From a virus, in IMG/VR virus record IMGVR_UViG_3300017989_000078: a DNA stretch of 64,000 nt, one strand, 5' to 3'. Shown piece by piece: positions 34,651-43,169 of this stretch (the stretch's first letter is position 1; every line of letters starts with the position of its first letter). The notes beneath the pieces were generated by a model. It did not search any database. It was given only the letters and a program-made list of their open reading frames with translations, and had not been told where the DNA came from. The position numbers and the translations under genes are program-made.

Positions 34651-35158
34651 AAAAGAGCGATTGAACAATGGGATGTTTGTGTTTTCAATAACACTTGCTC
34701 TGATTGTATCTACAACGGTGTCAGTGGCTGATATTATTTGCGCCCAGTATGACATGGTTCGAGACGTTGTGTTTGAGATTTTGATCATTGCTGTTTCTGT
34801 GATTTATGCAATGGTTCTGCTGTTTTATGTCGTTGCGCGAGCTTCTGAACCTGTGGCCGGCTGGATATTGGAACGCCTTGGTAAACATCGGGGGAATCGT
34901 AAACACAAAGAATCCGGACGTGTTGGGATGCCACCATATCATCATAATTGTCGATCACTGATTTTGCCACTAACCGACGTCGGAACACTTGGTTTTGTGC
35001 ATTGCGAGGATTGCAGACATTCCGTTAAAACTCACGATGTGAGTGACGTCATTGGCATTTGCTGCAATGGTAAAAGCCCCGAATTCAGCAAACAAATACA
35101 ACTGTTTCAGAAAGGGACCGGTTGTTCAGCAGGAGAAACGCGGGAATGGGAGATATGA
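34637..35158 (+). CDS. membrane protein with Cys-rich C-terminus
   Basis: Two hydrophobic helices; the exact start is uncertain (candidate ATGs at 34616-34637). Confidence 0.45.
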   Translation: MRKSKKERLNNGMFVFSITLALIVSTTVSVADIICAQYDMVRDVVFEILIIAVSVIYAMVLLFYVVARASEPVAGWILERLGKHRGNRKHKESGRVGMPPYHHNCRSLILPLTDVGTLGFVHCEDCRHSVKTHDVSDVIGICCNGKSPEFSKQIQLFQKGTGCSAGETREWEI

Positions 35159-35249
35159 AGCATGAGTAGATTTCCAAGACCGTGGTATCGAGGCGATTGT
35201 TGCGGCAAGTACGTCTGGTGCTGCACTTGTTGGCTGTAGGAGGGGCGTT

Positions 35250-35621
35250 ATGAGCAATGCGATCAATGAATCCGGAGCGATGTCGATGTTGCGTGAGATG
35301 GCCAGGATTCTCGCCAAAAAGATAGACACGGATGGGCTACTGATGGCTGAAGACTATGCTACGCGAGCAGTAGCTGTTATCCGGAGATTGGAGAAAGAGC
35401 GCGTTGACCTGACCGACAAGATCCTCAAGCAAGAGGCCATAATCGAAGAGATGGGCGGTGCTGTTACGACTGCCATGTTGCGCCAGGGGATACTGGCTAC
35501 GCACGAGGATTGTCCGAAGTGCGGTACGCGTGGGTTCGAAAATGGTGTGGCCTGTGAGGAATGTGGAGGAGTTGGACGAAGGAAGCTCGATAAACAAGTT
35601 CGGCAGCGGAGTGAGCCATAA
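35250..35621 (+). CDS. coiled-coil protein with CxxCxGxG zinc knuckle
   Basis: AGGAGGGG RBS; CPKCGTRG...CEECGGVG. Confidence 0.55.
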   Translation: MSNAINESGAMSMLREMARILAKKIDTDGLLMAEDYATRAVAVIRRLEKERVDLTDKILKQEAIIEEMGGAVTTAMLRQGILATHEDCPKCGTRGFENGVACEECGGVGRRKLDKQVRQRSEP

Positions 35622-35641
35622 AAGACGGATGGAGGTTCGTA

Positions 35642-36247
35642 ATGATCAAACAAACAACGACAGTACAAGAGGTAGTGGAACTACTTAACGATCTAACAAA
35701 GCGCGACAGGGAAGGAATGGAGACGCTGGTAAACACTAGAGTCTCTGTAGAAGCGCCCATTGCCGACCATTCCACAGTCCAGGTCATGGTTCACAAAGCG
35801 GACGACGGGCGCACGTTGTATCTTATCGGCGCGTTGGGATTGCTCAACGGGCTCTTCGGGGTAGACGAGTCGACAGGGATGGGCGCTATTGCCGCTGTAT
35901 TCGGAGTCCAGTGTCCAAAATGCGGATCCGATGACAACGATGGACGTGTCGTTGGTGATAACTGTAGCGACTGCGGCGAAGCATTGGTATTGGGCAAGCT
36001 TCAGGGGTTCGCGCTTACGAATGTGGCGCCTTTGGTGTTCGACGATGACGATATCGAAGATATTTGGGCTATGGAGGACGACAACGGTGGGGACGACCTA
36101 TACCTATTGACATGTCGTGACCGTGGTTTAATCGGCGGTGATACGATCAGTATTGTGAGCATTGGTGACTACGATGGCAATTATACAGTCGTGAATGTCT
36201 CTCCGGCGACTGATGGGTTCGTTCGGATCACACTGAGGCTGTTGTAG
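35642..36247 (+). CDS. hypothetical zinc-ribbon protein
   Basis: GGAGG RBS; CPKCG...CSDCG. Confidence 0.55.
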   Translation: MIKQTTTVQEVVELLNDLTKRDREGMETLVNTRVSVEAPIADHSTVQVMVHKADDGRTLYLIGALGLLNGLFGVDESTGMGAIAAVFGVQCPKCGSDDNDGRVVGDNCSDCGEALVLGKLQGFALTNVAPLVFDDDDIEDIWAMEDDNGGDDLYLLTCRDRGLIGGDTISIVSIGDYDGNYTVVNVSPATDGFVRITLRLL

Positions 36248-36273
36248 TATAAAAATGGAGAGGGGTGGTGAAG

Positions 36274-36678
36274 ATGTCGACCAAATTAACAAAGCGACAA
36301 AAACAAGTTCGTACAGCAATCGTACTCGGGCTAGGAAAGTGGAATGATTTAAAAAGCAGTAAATTAGATTTGTCGAATGGTACTATCTGGTGTGGTCTTT
36401 GCGACATATTTATGTTCGGAACTAGAATGTGCACCAATTGTCCTTTGGATCTCGCGGGCAAACACTGTTTGGCGGAGAATGGTTATTACGACAAATTCGC
36501 AACGAATGAAGATGATGGGTGGGGATTGTATTACGATCACGAAAACGATAGCGATAAGCGTCTTGAAAATCTCGACGGCGAGTTGAAAGTCGAAACCGCT
36601 GCCCTAATCGACGGCATGATTTCGGATCTGGAATTGGCGTTGAAGTGGTTCGATGATGGGGGCTATCGTGAATACTGA
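36274..36678 (+). CDS. hypothetical Cys-rich protein, paralogue of 24669-25094
   Basis: See 24669-25094. The last ~117 nt are near-identical at DNA level. Confidence 0.6.
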   Translation: MSTKLTKRQKQVRTAIVLGLGKWNDLKSSKLDLSNGTIWCGLCDIFMFGTRMCTNCPLDLAGKHCLAENGYYDKFATNEDDGWGLYYDHENDSDKRLENLDGELKVETAALIDGMISDLELALKWFDDGGYREY

Positions 36679-36838
36679 GAACAAAGAAGAGGCTCACAAG
36701 CATGATGACTGCTGTTGGGGGTTTGAACGGAAGTCCGGGGAGGGTGGATACGATCGTTGTGCTATTTGCATTCATGCCGACATCCAATGGGAGGGCATCT
36801 ATTGCTTACGAGGCGCAGTGAAAAAGGGTGATAAATGA
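36653..36838 (+). CDS. small Cys-rich hypothetical protein
   Basis: 61-aa ORF overlapping the upstream gene by 26 nt. Confidence 0.4.
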   Translation: MMGAIVNTENKEEAHKHDDCCWGFERKSGEGGYDRCAICIHADIQWEGIYCLRGAVKKGDK

Positions 36839-37215
36839 GATTTATCAAAGGGCAATTCGACACGATCAACACTACTGAGCAAATATTCGAGAAACTGATG
36901 GCGCAGATAAAGCCCCCTAAGCTAGTAGGCAACGTCATGGGAATGGATTTATACGAATCTGAGCACATGCGGGAAGGCGTTGTTGCAATTATTAATAAGT
37001 CCGGGGGTGTTGTGGGCGTTATTGACGCAAGGGGGGAAGATAAAAACGAAGAAGATGGTGTAGTTCCGATGAAACCTCATCCGAGCGAGTGTCCCAGTTG
37101 TAGTTGTGAGGTGGTGTATTACGGGCGATTCGGTAACGAGTATTACTGCGATGATTGCGGTTGGAGCATGGATGCGACTACCGGCGAGATAACCTATGAA
37201 GGCGAACCCGACTGA
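36835..37215 (+). CDS. hypothetical zinc-ribbon protein
   Basis: ATGA overlap; CPSCSC...CDDCG. Confidence 0.5.
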   Translation: MRFIKGQFDTINTTEQIFEKLMAQIKPPKLVGNVMGMDLYESEHMREGVVAIINKSGGVVGVIDARGEDKNEEDGVVPMKPHPSECPSCSCEVVYYGRFGNEYYCDDCGWSMDATTGEITYEGEPD

Positions 37216-37232
37216 GTTAAGGATCAATAAAG

Positions 37233-37616
37233 ATGGCAACTAGAAAAGAAGCATTGATGAATTTGATAAGCGAAATAGATGATGACGCAAATACAATCCT
37301 GATAGAGCACAGTCAAACCGAATGCAAATGGAAGATGGCTTATTCATACGACTATAAAGTTGCTAAGGAATTGTCTGGTGGTAGTGCTATTCATGGATGG
37401 AGATTTCACCATTCCTACGACCCGCCAAGGAAACCTGTACCAAGAGGCGGGTGGGCATTAGCATGGGATGATGACGAGTCAAAAGCTGATGCCTTAATAT
37501 CAACTGGAAAGGTTGAATCTGGGCAGTTGCGCTGTTGTTTAGACCCACCAGGTGGACCGGTGGAATCAACAAAATTGTACTCAAACTGGAAACATTTGGT
37601 GGTGAAGGATGACTAA
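37233..37616 (+). CDS. hypothetical protein
   Basis: 127-aa ORF. Confidence 0.5.
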   Translation: MATRKEALMNLISEIDDDANTILIEHSQTECKWKMAYSYDYKVAKELSGGSAIHGWRFHHSYDPPRKPVPRGGWALAWDDDESKADALISTGKVESGQLRCCLDPPGGPVESTKLYSNWKHLVVKDD

Positions 37617-38028
37617 GAAAAAGTATGCAGTCACTGTACATATAAATCAGGCCGATGGATACCAGGTTTACGGCATCGAAGCAGAGAGTGAGGAGGAAGC
37701 CAGAAATAATTGGTACAACGGAGACATCATATTTGAAGAGTACGAAACTGGATGGGACAAAGGCTATGGATCAGAGCCAGAACCGGAGGTTGAGGAGGTT
37801 TCTGAATTTGATTATGGATGCGACCAGAGAGCCACGCATGATCTGAAAACAGCCAATGAGAAGATAAAGATTCTCGAAAAACGAATTGATGATCTAATAA
37901 AAGAATCCGGCATTGTAGAAATGAGAGCCCAGTCACTGATGGTGGCCAATTTATACAATATACCGGAGCGGTTGGGAGCCTTGGAACAAGCAATTGTGCA
38001 TCAGAGGCGAGTCCTAAGGGGGGATTAA
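37609..38028 (+). CDS. hypothetical protein
   Basis: Overlaps the upstream gene by 8 nt. Confidence 0.5.
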   Translation: MTKKKYAVTVHINQADGYQVYGIEAESEEEARNNWYNGDIIFEEYETGWDKGYGSEPEPEVEEVSEFDYGCDQRATHDLKTANEKIKILEKRIDDLIKESGIVEMRAQSLMVANLYNIPERLGALEQAIVHQRRVLRGD

Positions 38029-38565
38029 ATGTCAAAAGAATATTTCAACGAAACAGAAGATCATTACGCTATAGACATTGAGGTCGAGTGCTCTAATTGC
38101 AAGGGCACCGGCCTTTATGTTGGGATGAGCGAGCGTGACGGTGCGGCGGTAGTCTGCCATACCTGTGCTGGTTCTGGTAAAGTCACGTTTAAACGCGAGT
38201 TCCCAAAGTTCGTAGGGCGTAAGCGTCGGGACAATGTGAAGCGTGTCTACAAGTCAGGAGCAGGTTACACGATTTCCGCCAGCGATGTTACAACGAAAGA
38301 TGGTAAGCTCATACGTTTTTCACAAGCTGGATCCGACTACGACAAGTGGTTGTGGGGGGCCGTTCCAAAGCCCATTGAAGATCTCCACTGTCCTTATATG
38401 CATACAAATCAGAATATGCAGTTGTCCGACCATGAGGCGCACGCCGTCTACGAGGAGTATTGTATGGCGCAAGGCTTATGGGGTTGCCTTGTTTCTGATT
38501 GTAAGCGTTTTGAGAATAAAGCCGAGTGTTGGCGTCGTTACCACGAGTTGTTGGAGGCTAAGTAA
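38029..38565 (+). CDS. protein with two DnaJ-type CxxCxGxG zinc knuckles
   Basis: CSNCKGTG and CHTCAGSG; starts immediately after the upstream TAA. Confidence 0.55.
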   Translation: MSKEYFNETEDHYAIDIEVECSNCKGTGLYVGMSERDGAAVVCHTCAGSGKVTFKREFPKFVGRKRRDNVKRVYKSGAGYTISASDVTTKDGKLIRFSQAGSDYDKWLWGAVPKPIEDLHCPYMHTNQNMQLSDHEAHAVYEEYCMAQGLWGCLVSDCKRFENKAECWRRYHELLEAK

Positions 38566-38747
38566 TGCCACGAAAACCAACTAGACTCTCGCTGATCAAG
38601 AAGGCGCTCAAGAAGTTGCAACAACACATGTACGCATGCAGGCTGACAAGTGGTACGCGTGCATGTAAGAAATGTTCAGCTGCAGATGTCTGCTCGCAGT
38701 ACTCGGTAGAGACAACACTCAAAGAAGCGATCAAATTGGATGATTGA
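38565..38747 (+). CDS. small hypothetical protein
   Basis: TAATG overlap. Confidence 0.45.
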   Translation: MPRKPTRLSLIKKALKKLQQHMYACRLTSGTRACKKCSAADVCSQYSVETTLKEAIKLDD

Positions 38748-39030
38748 AATCAAGAATGCAGAAAGAGAAGAGTTGGCAAAGTGTTTTTGCGGCTGCAACG
38801 ATAAGCGTTTGAGGGTTCGTTGTATAGTCTTTAGGAAAAGGCATTCAATGATGTTTGCGTCAAGAGTTGCCCATTACCAGGTGCGCTGTTCTGCTTGCGG
38901 TAGAGAGGATCCGTGGTGTGAAGATATCGATGAAGCGATATGTACTTGGAATGAGATACACAAAAAGAAACTATTGCGATGCAAGGCTTTTGTGGTAAGA
39001 ATAATAAAAAGAGTTTTCAGATTGATCTAA
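38740..39030 (+). CDS. Lar-like zinc-ribbon protein
   Basis: CFCGC...VRCSACGREDPWCEDIDEAICTWNE. Confidence 0.5.
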   Translation: MIEIKNAEREELAKCFCGCNDKRLRVRCIVFRKRHSMMFASRVAHYQVRCSACGREDPWCEDIDEAICTWNEIHKKKLLRCKAFVVRIIKRVFRLI

Positions 39031-39048
39031 AGGGAGGGGGCCATCAGC

Positions 39049-39339
39049 ATGGGAGCGTTAATTGATCCAAACAAAGACAACAAGAATGACCAGAGAACAG
39101 CCTATGTATTCGATAAGACAAAGGAACATTATGTGAAGGTCGATTTCATGGATATAAAGAGAGGCGATATTTTTGTTTTAATCGAGCCTGATGGTACGCC
39201 TGTGGCAAACTTAGTCAGAGGGAGCGTGGCATCAATAGCAGTGGATAATGTCTTTGTACAAGACGGAGTAGAAGGTGTTCGGGCTATACCGTACAGAGAA
39301 CCAAGCGAGATTGACGTTGCTAAGGAAGCGAAGATTTAG
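39049..39339 (+). CDS. hypothetical protein
   Basis: GGGAGGGGG RBS. Confidence 0.5.
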   Translation: MGALIDPNKDNKNDQRTAYVFDKTKEHYVKVDFMDIKRGDIFVLIEPDGTPVANLVRGSVASIAVDNVFVQDGVEGVRAIPYREPSEIDVAKEAKI

Positions 39340-39371
39340 GCGAATAAAGATCAGAAAGTAGGTATAAAATA

Positions 39372-39578
39372 TTGGGAGAACGCACCGATAATTGGAATGA
39401 ACGAAAAGTGAAGTCCGAGTCTTGGATTTGTCCAGACTGTGGATCGGCGCTCAAAGAGATCCCTGCAAAGGATATGCATCCTGTGTACAGTGATGACGCA
39501 AAGGCACGAGGCTGTACTAATCAGGAATGCAACTTCAAGTGTTTCATTTCGCAGGAGGTAACAGATGCCCAAACTTAA
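39372..39578 (+). CDS. small zinc-ribbon protein
   Basis: CPDCG...CTNQECNFKC; TTG start, so uncertain. Confidence 0.4.
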   Translation: MGERTDNWNERKVKSESWICPDCGSALKEIPAKDMHPVYSDDAKARGCTNQECNFKCFISQEVTDAQT

Positions 39579-40164
39579 CGACGCACGCTGGGTTAAACTC
39601 AGTGTGGACAAACTAGTTGCAGCTGACTGGAATTACAAGGTCGAGGATCCGGACCAAGAGGAAAAGCTGATTGCGAACATCAAGCGCAACGGCCAGGTGG
39701 AAAACATCCTGGTAAGAGAACTTGAGTCAGGTTTCTACGAGGTGATCAACGGGAATCACCGGTTGGATGCGTTTAAGAAGCTCGGTATTCCCACTGCAAT
39801 TTGCTACAACTTTGGCGAGACATCGGATGCGCAGGCACGGCGGATTGCAGTAGAAACCAACGAGCCAAAGTTCCGCCGCGATGACGCCAAGTTGGCCGTC
39901 CTTATCAAGGAGATGATGGATGGTCCTGGCAGTGAATTTACGCTGGAAGATCTGAGTACCACGATGCCCTTTGACCGAACTGCTCTGGAAGGGCTCGTGA
40001 CTATTCCTGGCTTCGACTTGGACAAGTTCAAAAAATCTAACGATAAAGAATTGGCGAACCTTGCCAAGAAAAAAGAGAAGAAAACCCCTGGCGTATCCAT
40101 CACCGTGCATGCCACATGTCCTGACTGCGGACGTAAATTCAAGGTGAGCGGCAAGAAGAAGTAG
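39565..40164 (+). CDS. ParB-like nuclease domain protein with C-terminal zinc ribbon
   Basis: GQVENILVRELESGFYEVINGNHRLDAFKKLG is typical of the ParB N-terminal domain. CPDCGRKF at the C-terminus. AGGAGG RBS. Confidence 0.7.
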   Translation: MPKLNDARWVKLSVDKLVAADWNYKVEDPDQEEKLIANIKRNGQVENILVRELESGFYEVINGNHRLDAFKKLGIPTAICYNFGETSDAQARRIAVETNEPKFRRDDAKLAVLIKEMMDGPGSEFTLEDLSTTMPFDRTALEGLVTIPGFDLDKFKKSNDKELANLAKKKEKKTPGVSITVHATCPDCGRKFKVSGKKK

Positions 40165-41741
40165 TGACCGAGGCGATACACAAAGACTTTCGGCCGCCCC
40201 TAGGCCACCTTCCACGTGTGATCCAGGACGAGATGGTTCGGCCGCCATCGAGGGAGCGCCTTGTAAAACGTATCGCAGCGATGAAGGCGCACCACATCAA
40301 CATGGCGCGAAAGTCTTCGTCAGCGTTCATGGAGTATGCCTTCTTGGACGAGGACACAGGCTTGCCCTATGAGCAGCAGTGGTTTCATGACGAGTGGCAT
40401 CTGGCTTGGGACCGTTATCAACGTGTGATGGTGATTGCTCCACGAGACCATGCCAAGACCAGTAATGTCGTGGGACGGGTAATCTGGGAGTTGGGCAGCA
40501 ATCCGAATCTGCGTACGAAGGTAGTATGTGCCAGCGATGGGAAGGCTAAGGAGCGACTTTATGAGATAGATCAGCACATCACTACCAATCCCAGGGTACG
40601 AGAAGTCTTCCCTGAACTGATGCCAAACCCCAATGCCCAATGGAACGCGCACCACCTGGTTCTGAAGCGTACGGCAAGACACAGAGACGCCTCTGTTGAG
40701 GCTCTTGGTATTACGTCGTCAGCGACAGGCGGACGCGCCGACCTGCTGCTTGCTGACGATGTGGTAGACCGTCGTAACGCGCTCACAATGCCTGCACTGC
40801 GCGCACAGATTAAACAAGCATGGAAGTCGGACTGGGTAAATCTGCTAGAACCGACTGGCCGTCTCTTTTATATCTGTACATTGTGGCATCCGGGAGATCT
40901 GTCACATGAGATATTGGAAGGAAACACCTTCCATGTGCTCCGATACGACATAGACGATAATTTTGGCGCGATGTGGCCGTCCAAGTGGAGCGAAGCTGCG
41001 CTTAGAATGCGGTATAACGAGATCCTGAGCATCGAGTTCAACCGAGCATTTCGTAACCAGGCTATCGATCTGGATTCTGCCATGGTGCAGCCCTCGTGGT
41101 TTCAGTTCTGTGATTTGCGTACAGATGAACGGTTTGCTGAACTAGTGGAGCAGGATAGCCTTGTATTTTTCACATCTTACGACCCGGCCGGAACACCGAC
41201 TGGCAAGAAAGATCAGGACTATACAGCGGCTTGCATTGGAGCAGTAGACAAAGATCGGGGAGTTCTGTACATCGTCGACGCCTGGCGTCAGCGAATGTCC
41301 ATAAAATCACTGGTAGATACAATCTTTGTCGAGGCAACGACATACGACCCGTGGCTTGTCCTGATCGAGAAGGTTGGTCAAGCCACAGTGGACGACTGGG
41401 TGATTAACGAATACCCACAGATGGAAGGACACATCAAGGTAACGAAGCCTCGGATTAGCAAGCAGATGCGTCTCCTAGGAACTACACCACTCCTGGAAAA
41501 AGGGAAGGTTGTGTTCTCGGCGCACTTGGATCCGAATAGTAAATTATTTGATGGTGCCAGGGGCTCTCTTGTAGACGAAATGATCGAGTTTCCATTTTCC
41601 AAGCATGACGACATGGTGGACTCGTTTTCACAGCTTGTTGCTGTCGCACGAACACACTTCCTTGACGTGGACGCCGACGGCGGCGAAGATGTAATGGAGA
41701 TCCGCATTGGCGACGAAGAGGAAGATGACTACGTATTCTAA
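40164..41741 (+). CDS. terL: terminase large subunit
   Basis: VMVIAPRDHAKTS (P-loop-like), LLLADDVVD (Walker B-like), ICTLWHPGDL, and C-terminal nuclease Asp motif KHDDMVDSFSQL. 525 aa, just upstream of the portal. Confidence 0.85.
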   Translation: MTEAIHKDFRPPLGHLPRVIQDEMVRPPSRERLVKRIAAMKAHHINMARKSSSAFMEYAFLDEDTGLPYEQQWFHDEWHLAWDRYQRVMVIAPRDHAKTSNVVGRVIWELGSNPNLRTKVVCASDGKAKERLYEIDQHITTNPRVREVFPELMPNPNAQWNAHHLVLKRTARHRDASVEALGITSSATGGRADLLLADDVVDRRNALTMPALRAQIKQAWKSDWVNLLEPTGRLFYICTLWHPGDLSHEILEGNTFHVLRYDIDDNFGAMWPSKWSEAALRMRYNEILSIEFNRAFRNQAIDLDSAMVQPSWFQFCDLRTDERFAELVEQDSLVFFTSYDPAGTPTGKKDQDYTAACIGAVDKDRGVLYIVDAWRQRMSIKSLVDTIFVEATTYDPWLVLIEKVGQATVDDWVINEYPQMEGHIKVTKPRISKQMRLLGTTPLLEKGKVVFSAHLDPNSKLFDGARGSLVDEMIEFPFSKHDDMVDSFSQLVAVARTHFLDVDADGGEDVMEIRIGDEEEDDYVF

Positions 41742-42318
41742 GTCGGGTACACTTGTGGATGTAGAGACCGGAGGGCAATTCTGCCGGCATGATCATGGAG
41801 GTGCCATTGTGACAACCGAAATCGCGCAACATCCGTTTCTCATCTTAGATGGCAAAGCGTTTGTGACGTTGACAGATACCACCATTGTCACCATAAGAGA
41901 CAGCAAATGGAACAGCATACTTGGGACGTGGATGCGCCTACCCGGTGGGTGTGAAGTCGACGTGGATAGTGACGAGATAAAGAGCGCCATGAAAGAAATC
42001 GAATCATGTGGCCAGCAATGGGACGAAGCTGCGGTTATTCGTCCCGACCTCTTTACCATTTGTGAAGGCGGGATGGAACTCCTGGTCCCTTGCGTGGTTC
42101 GAGACGGAGATCTTCCGCCCGTGCATGTCATGGTACCAGTCAGTGACATCCAGGAGTCATTTCAACAGATAGAGATAGGAACCGGGGCTCACGTGGACGT
42201 GCAATCGAAATGCAAACACACAGGCGCGCAGATCGGTACCACGAATTGCCGTTGTTGCGCTCGTAGATGGTGGCAGGCTGCCGTCCAGAAGCTGGAGGAA
42301 CACGATGGCGAAAAGTGA
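41725..42318 (+). CDS. hypothetical protein
   Basis: ATG 41725 behind GAAGAGGAAG, overlapping the terL end. Confidence 0.5.
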   Translation: MTTYSKSGTLVDVETGGQFCRHDHGGAIVTTEIAQHPFLILDGKAFVTLTDTTIVTIRDSKWNSILGTWMRLPGGCEVDVDSDEIKSAMKEIESCGQQWDEAAVIRPDLFTICEGGMELLVPCVVRDGDLPPVHVMVPVSDIQESFQQIEIGTGAHVDVQSKCKHTGAQIGTTNCRCCARRWWQAAVQKLEEHDGEK

Positions 42319-42841
42319 GCAAGCACCGCCGCGTGTGAGACTATCGAAAAGCATCGATCTTGGTAAGGCCAAGGATGGTTGCAAGCGATGTAACGGCCGG
42401 GGGATAACGGGATACAAGGAAGCAGACCTTGGCGATGGCGAGGGAACACAGAATATCCCAATCATCTGTAGGTGTGTGAGCCGTGGTGGCGGGGTGGCAC
42501 CAGACGAACTTGACAGGATACTGGCAGAAGCAAAGAAGAATATCGACGATGGTGTGTTTCATGAGCACGTAGTTGCTGACTTCCACGCTACATCGGACGA
42601 GCAGAAGCCAAGGATTGTCGCTGCGTTCCTCCGGGACGTGGTCGATGATCGCAAGGACAGTGTTTCAAAGGAAGCAATTGGAAAGGTGTTGGAGTTGATA
42701 CGCCGGCGCAAAGACTGGAACGATCTGCGAGTGGAGGCGACAAGGATACTGATGCGCCAGGCAGCAGATCCACTTGCGGAGCAAGATACGCGGGACTTGG
42801 CCCACAAGGCTATGGCACAGTCCAGAGAAAATATGAACTAA
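42305..42841 (+). CDS. hypothetical protein with CxxCxGxG knuckle
   Basis: CKRCNGRG. Confidence 0.5.
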   Translation: MAKSEQAPPRVRLSKSIDLGKAKDGCKRCNGRGITGYKEADLGDGEGTQNIPIICRCVSRGGGVAPDELDRILAEAKKNIDDGVFHEHVVADFHATSDEQKPRIVAAFLRDVVDDRKDSVSKEAIGKVLELIRRRKDWNDLRVEATRILMRQAADPLAEQDTRDLAHKAMAQSRENMN

Positions 42842-42851
42842 GGAGGACACG

Positions 42852-43169
42852 ATGGCATTTCCAGAAATCAGACTTTATGAATTTGATGAGAACCCGGCCG
42901 GCACTTTGCCACTTGGCGATGGTCACGTACACGACGTGAGGCAGATGTCGGACAAGGGTTATGAGTTCAAGACGGCCCTTGGTTGCGCTGCGGTCTTTAC
43001 TCTCGAGGGATCCGTAGCCGGCAGCGTATGGACGACGATACAGGCCGGGATAGGTGCGGCTGATGCTCAGGGTTCTATTGGAGACGAATACAACTACGTG
43101 CGAGTCAATGGGACGACTGCGGGTGTGTTGTTAGGCGCTGAACTGAAGATAGCAGGGAAGGTACTGTAA
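42852..43169 (+). CDS. hypothetical protein
   Basis: AAGGAGG RBS. Confidence 0.5.
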   Translation: MAFPEIRLYEFDENPAGTLPLGDGHVHDVRQMSDKGYEFKTALGCAAVFTLEGSVAGSVWTTIQAGIGAADAQGSIGDEYNYVRVNGTTAGVLLGAELKIAGKVL

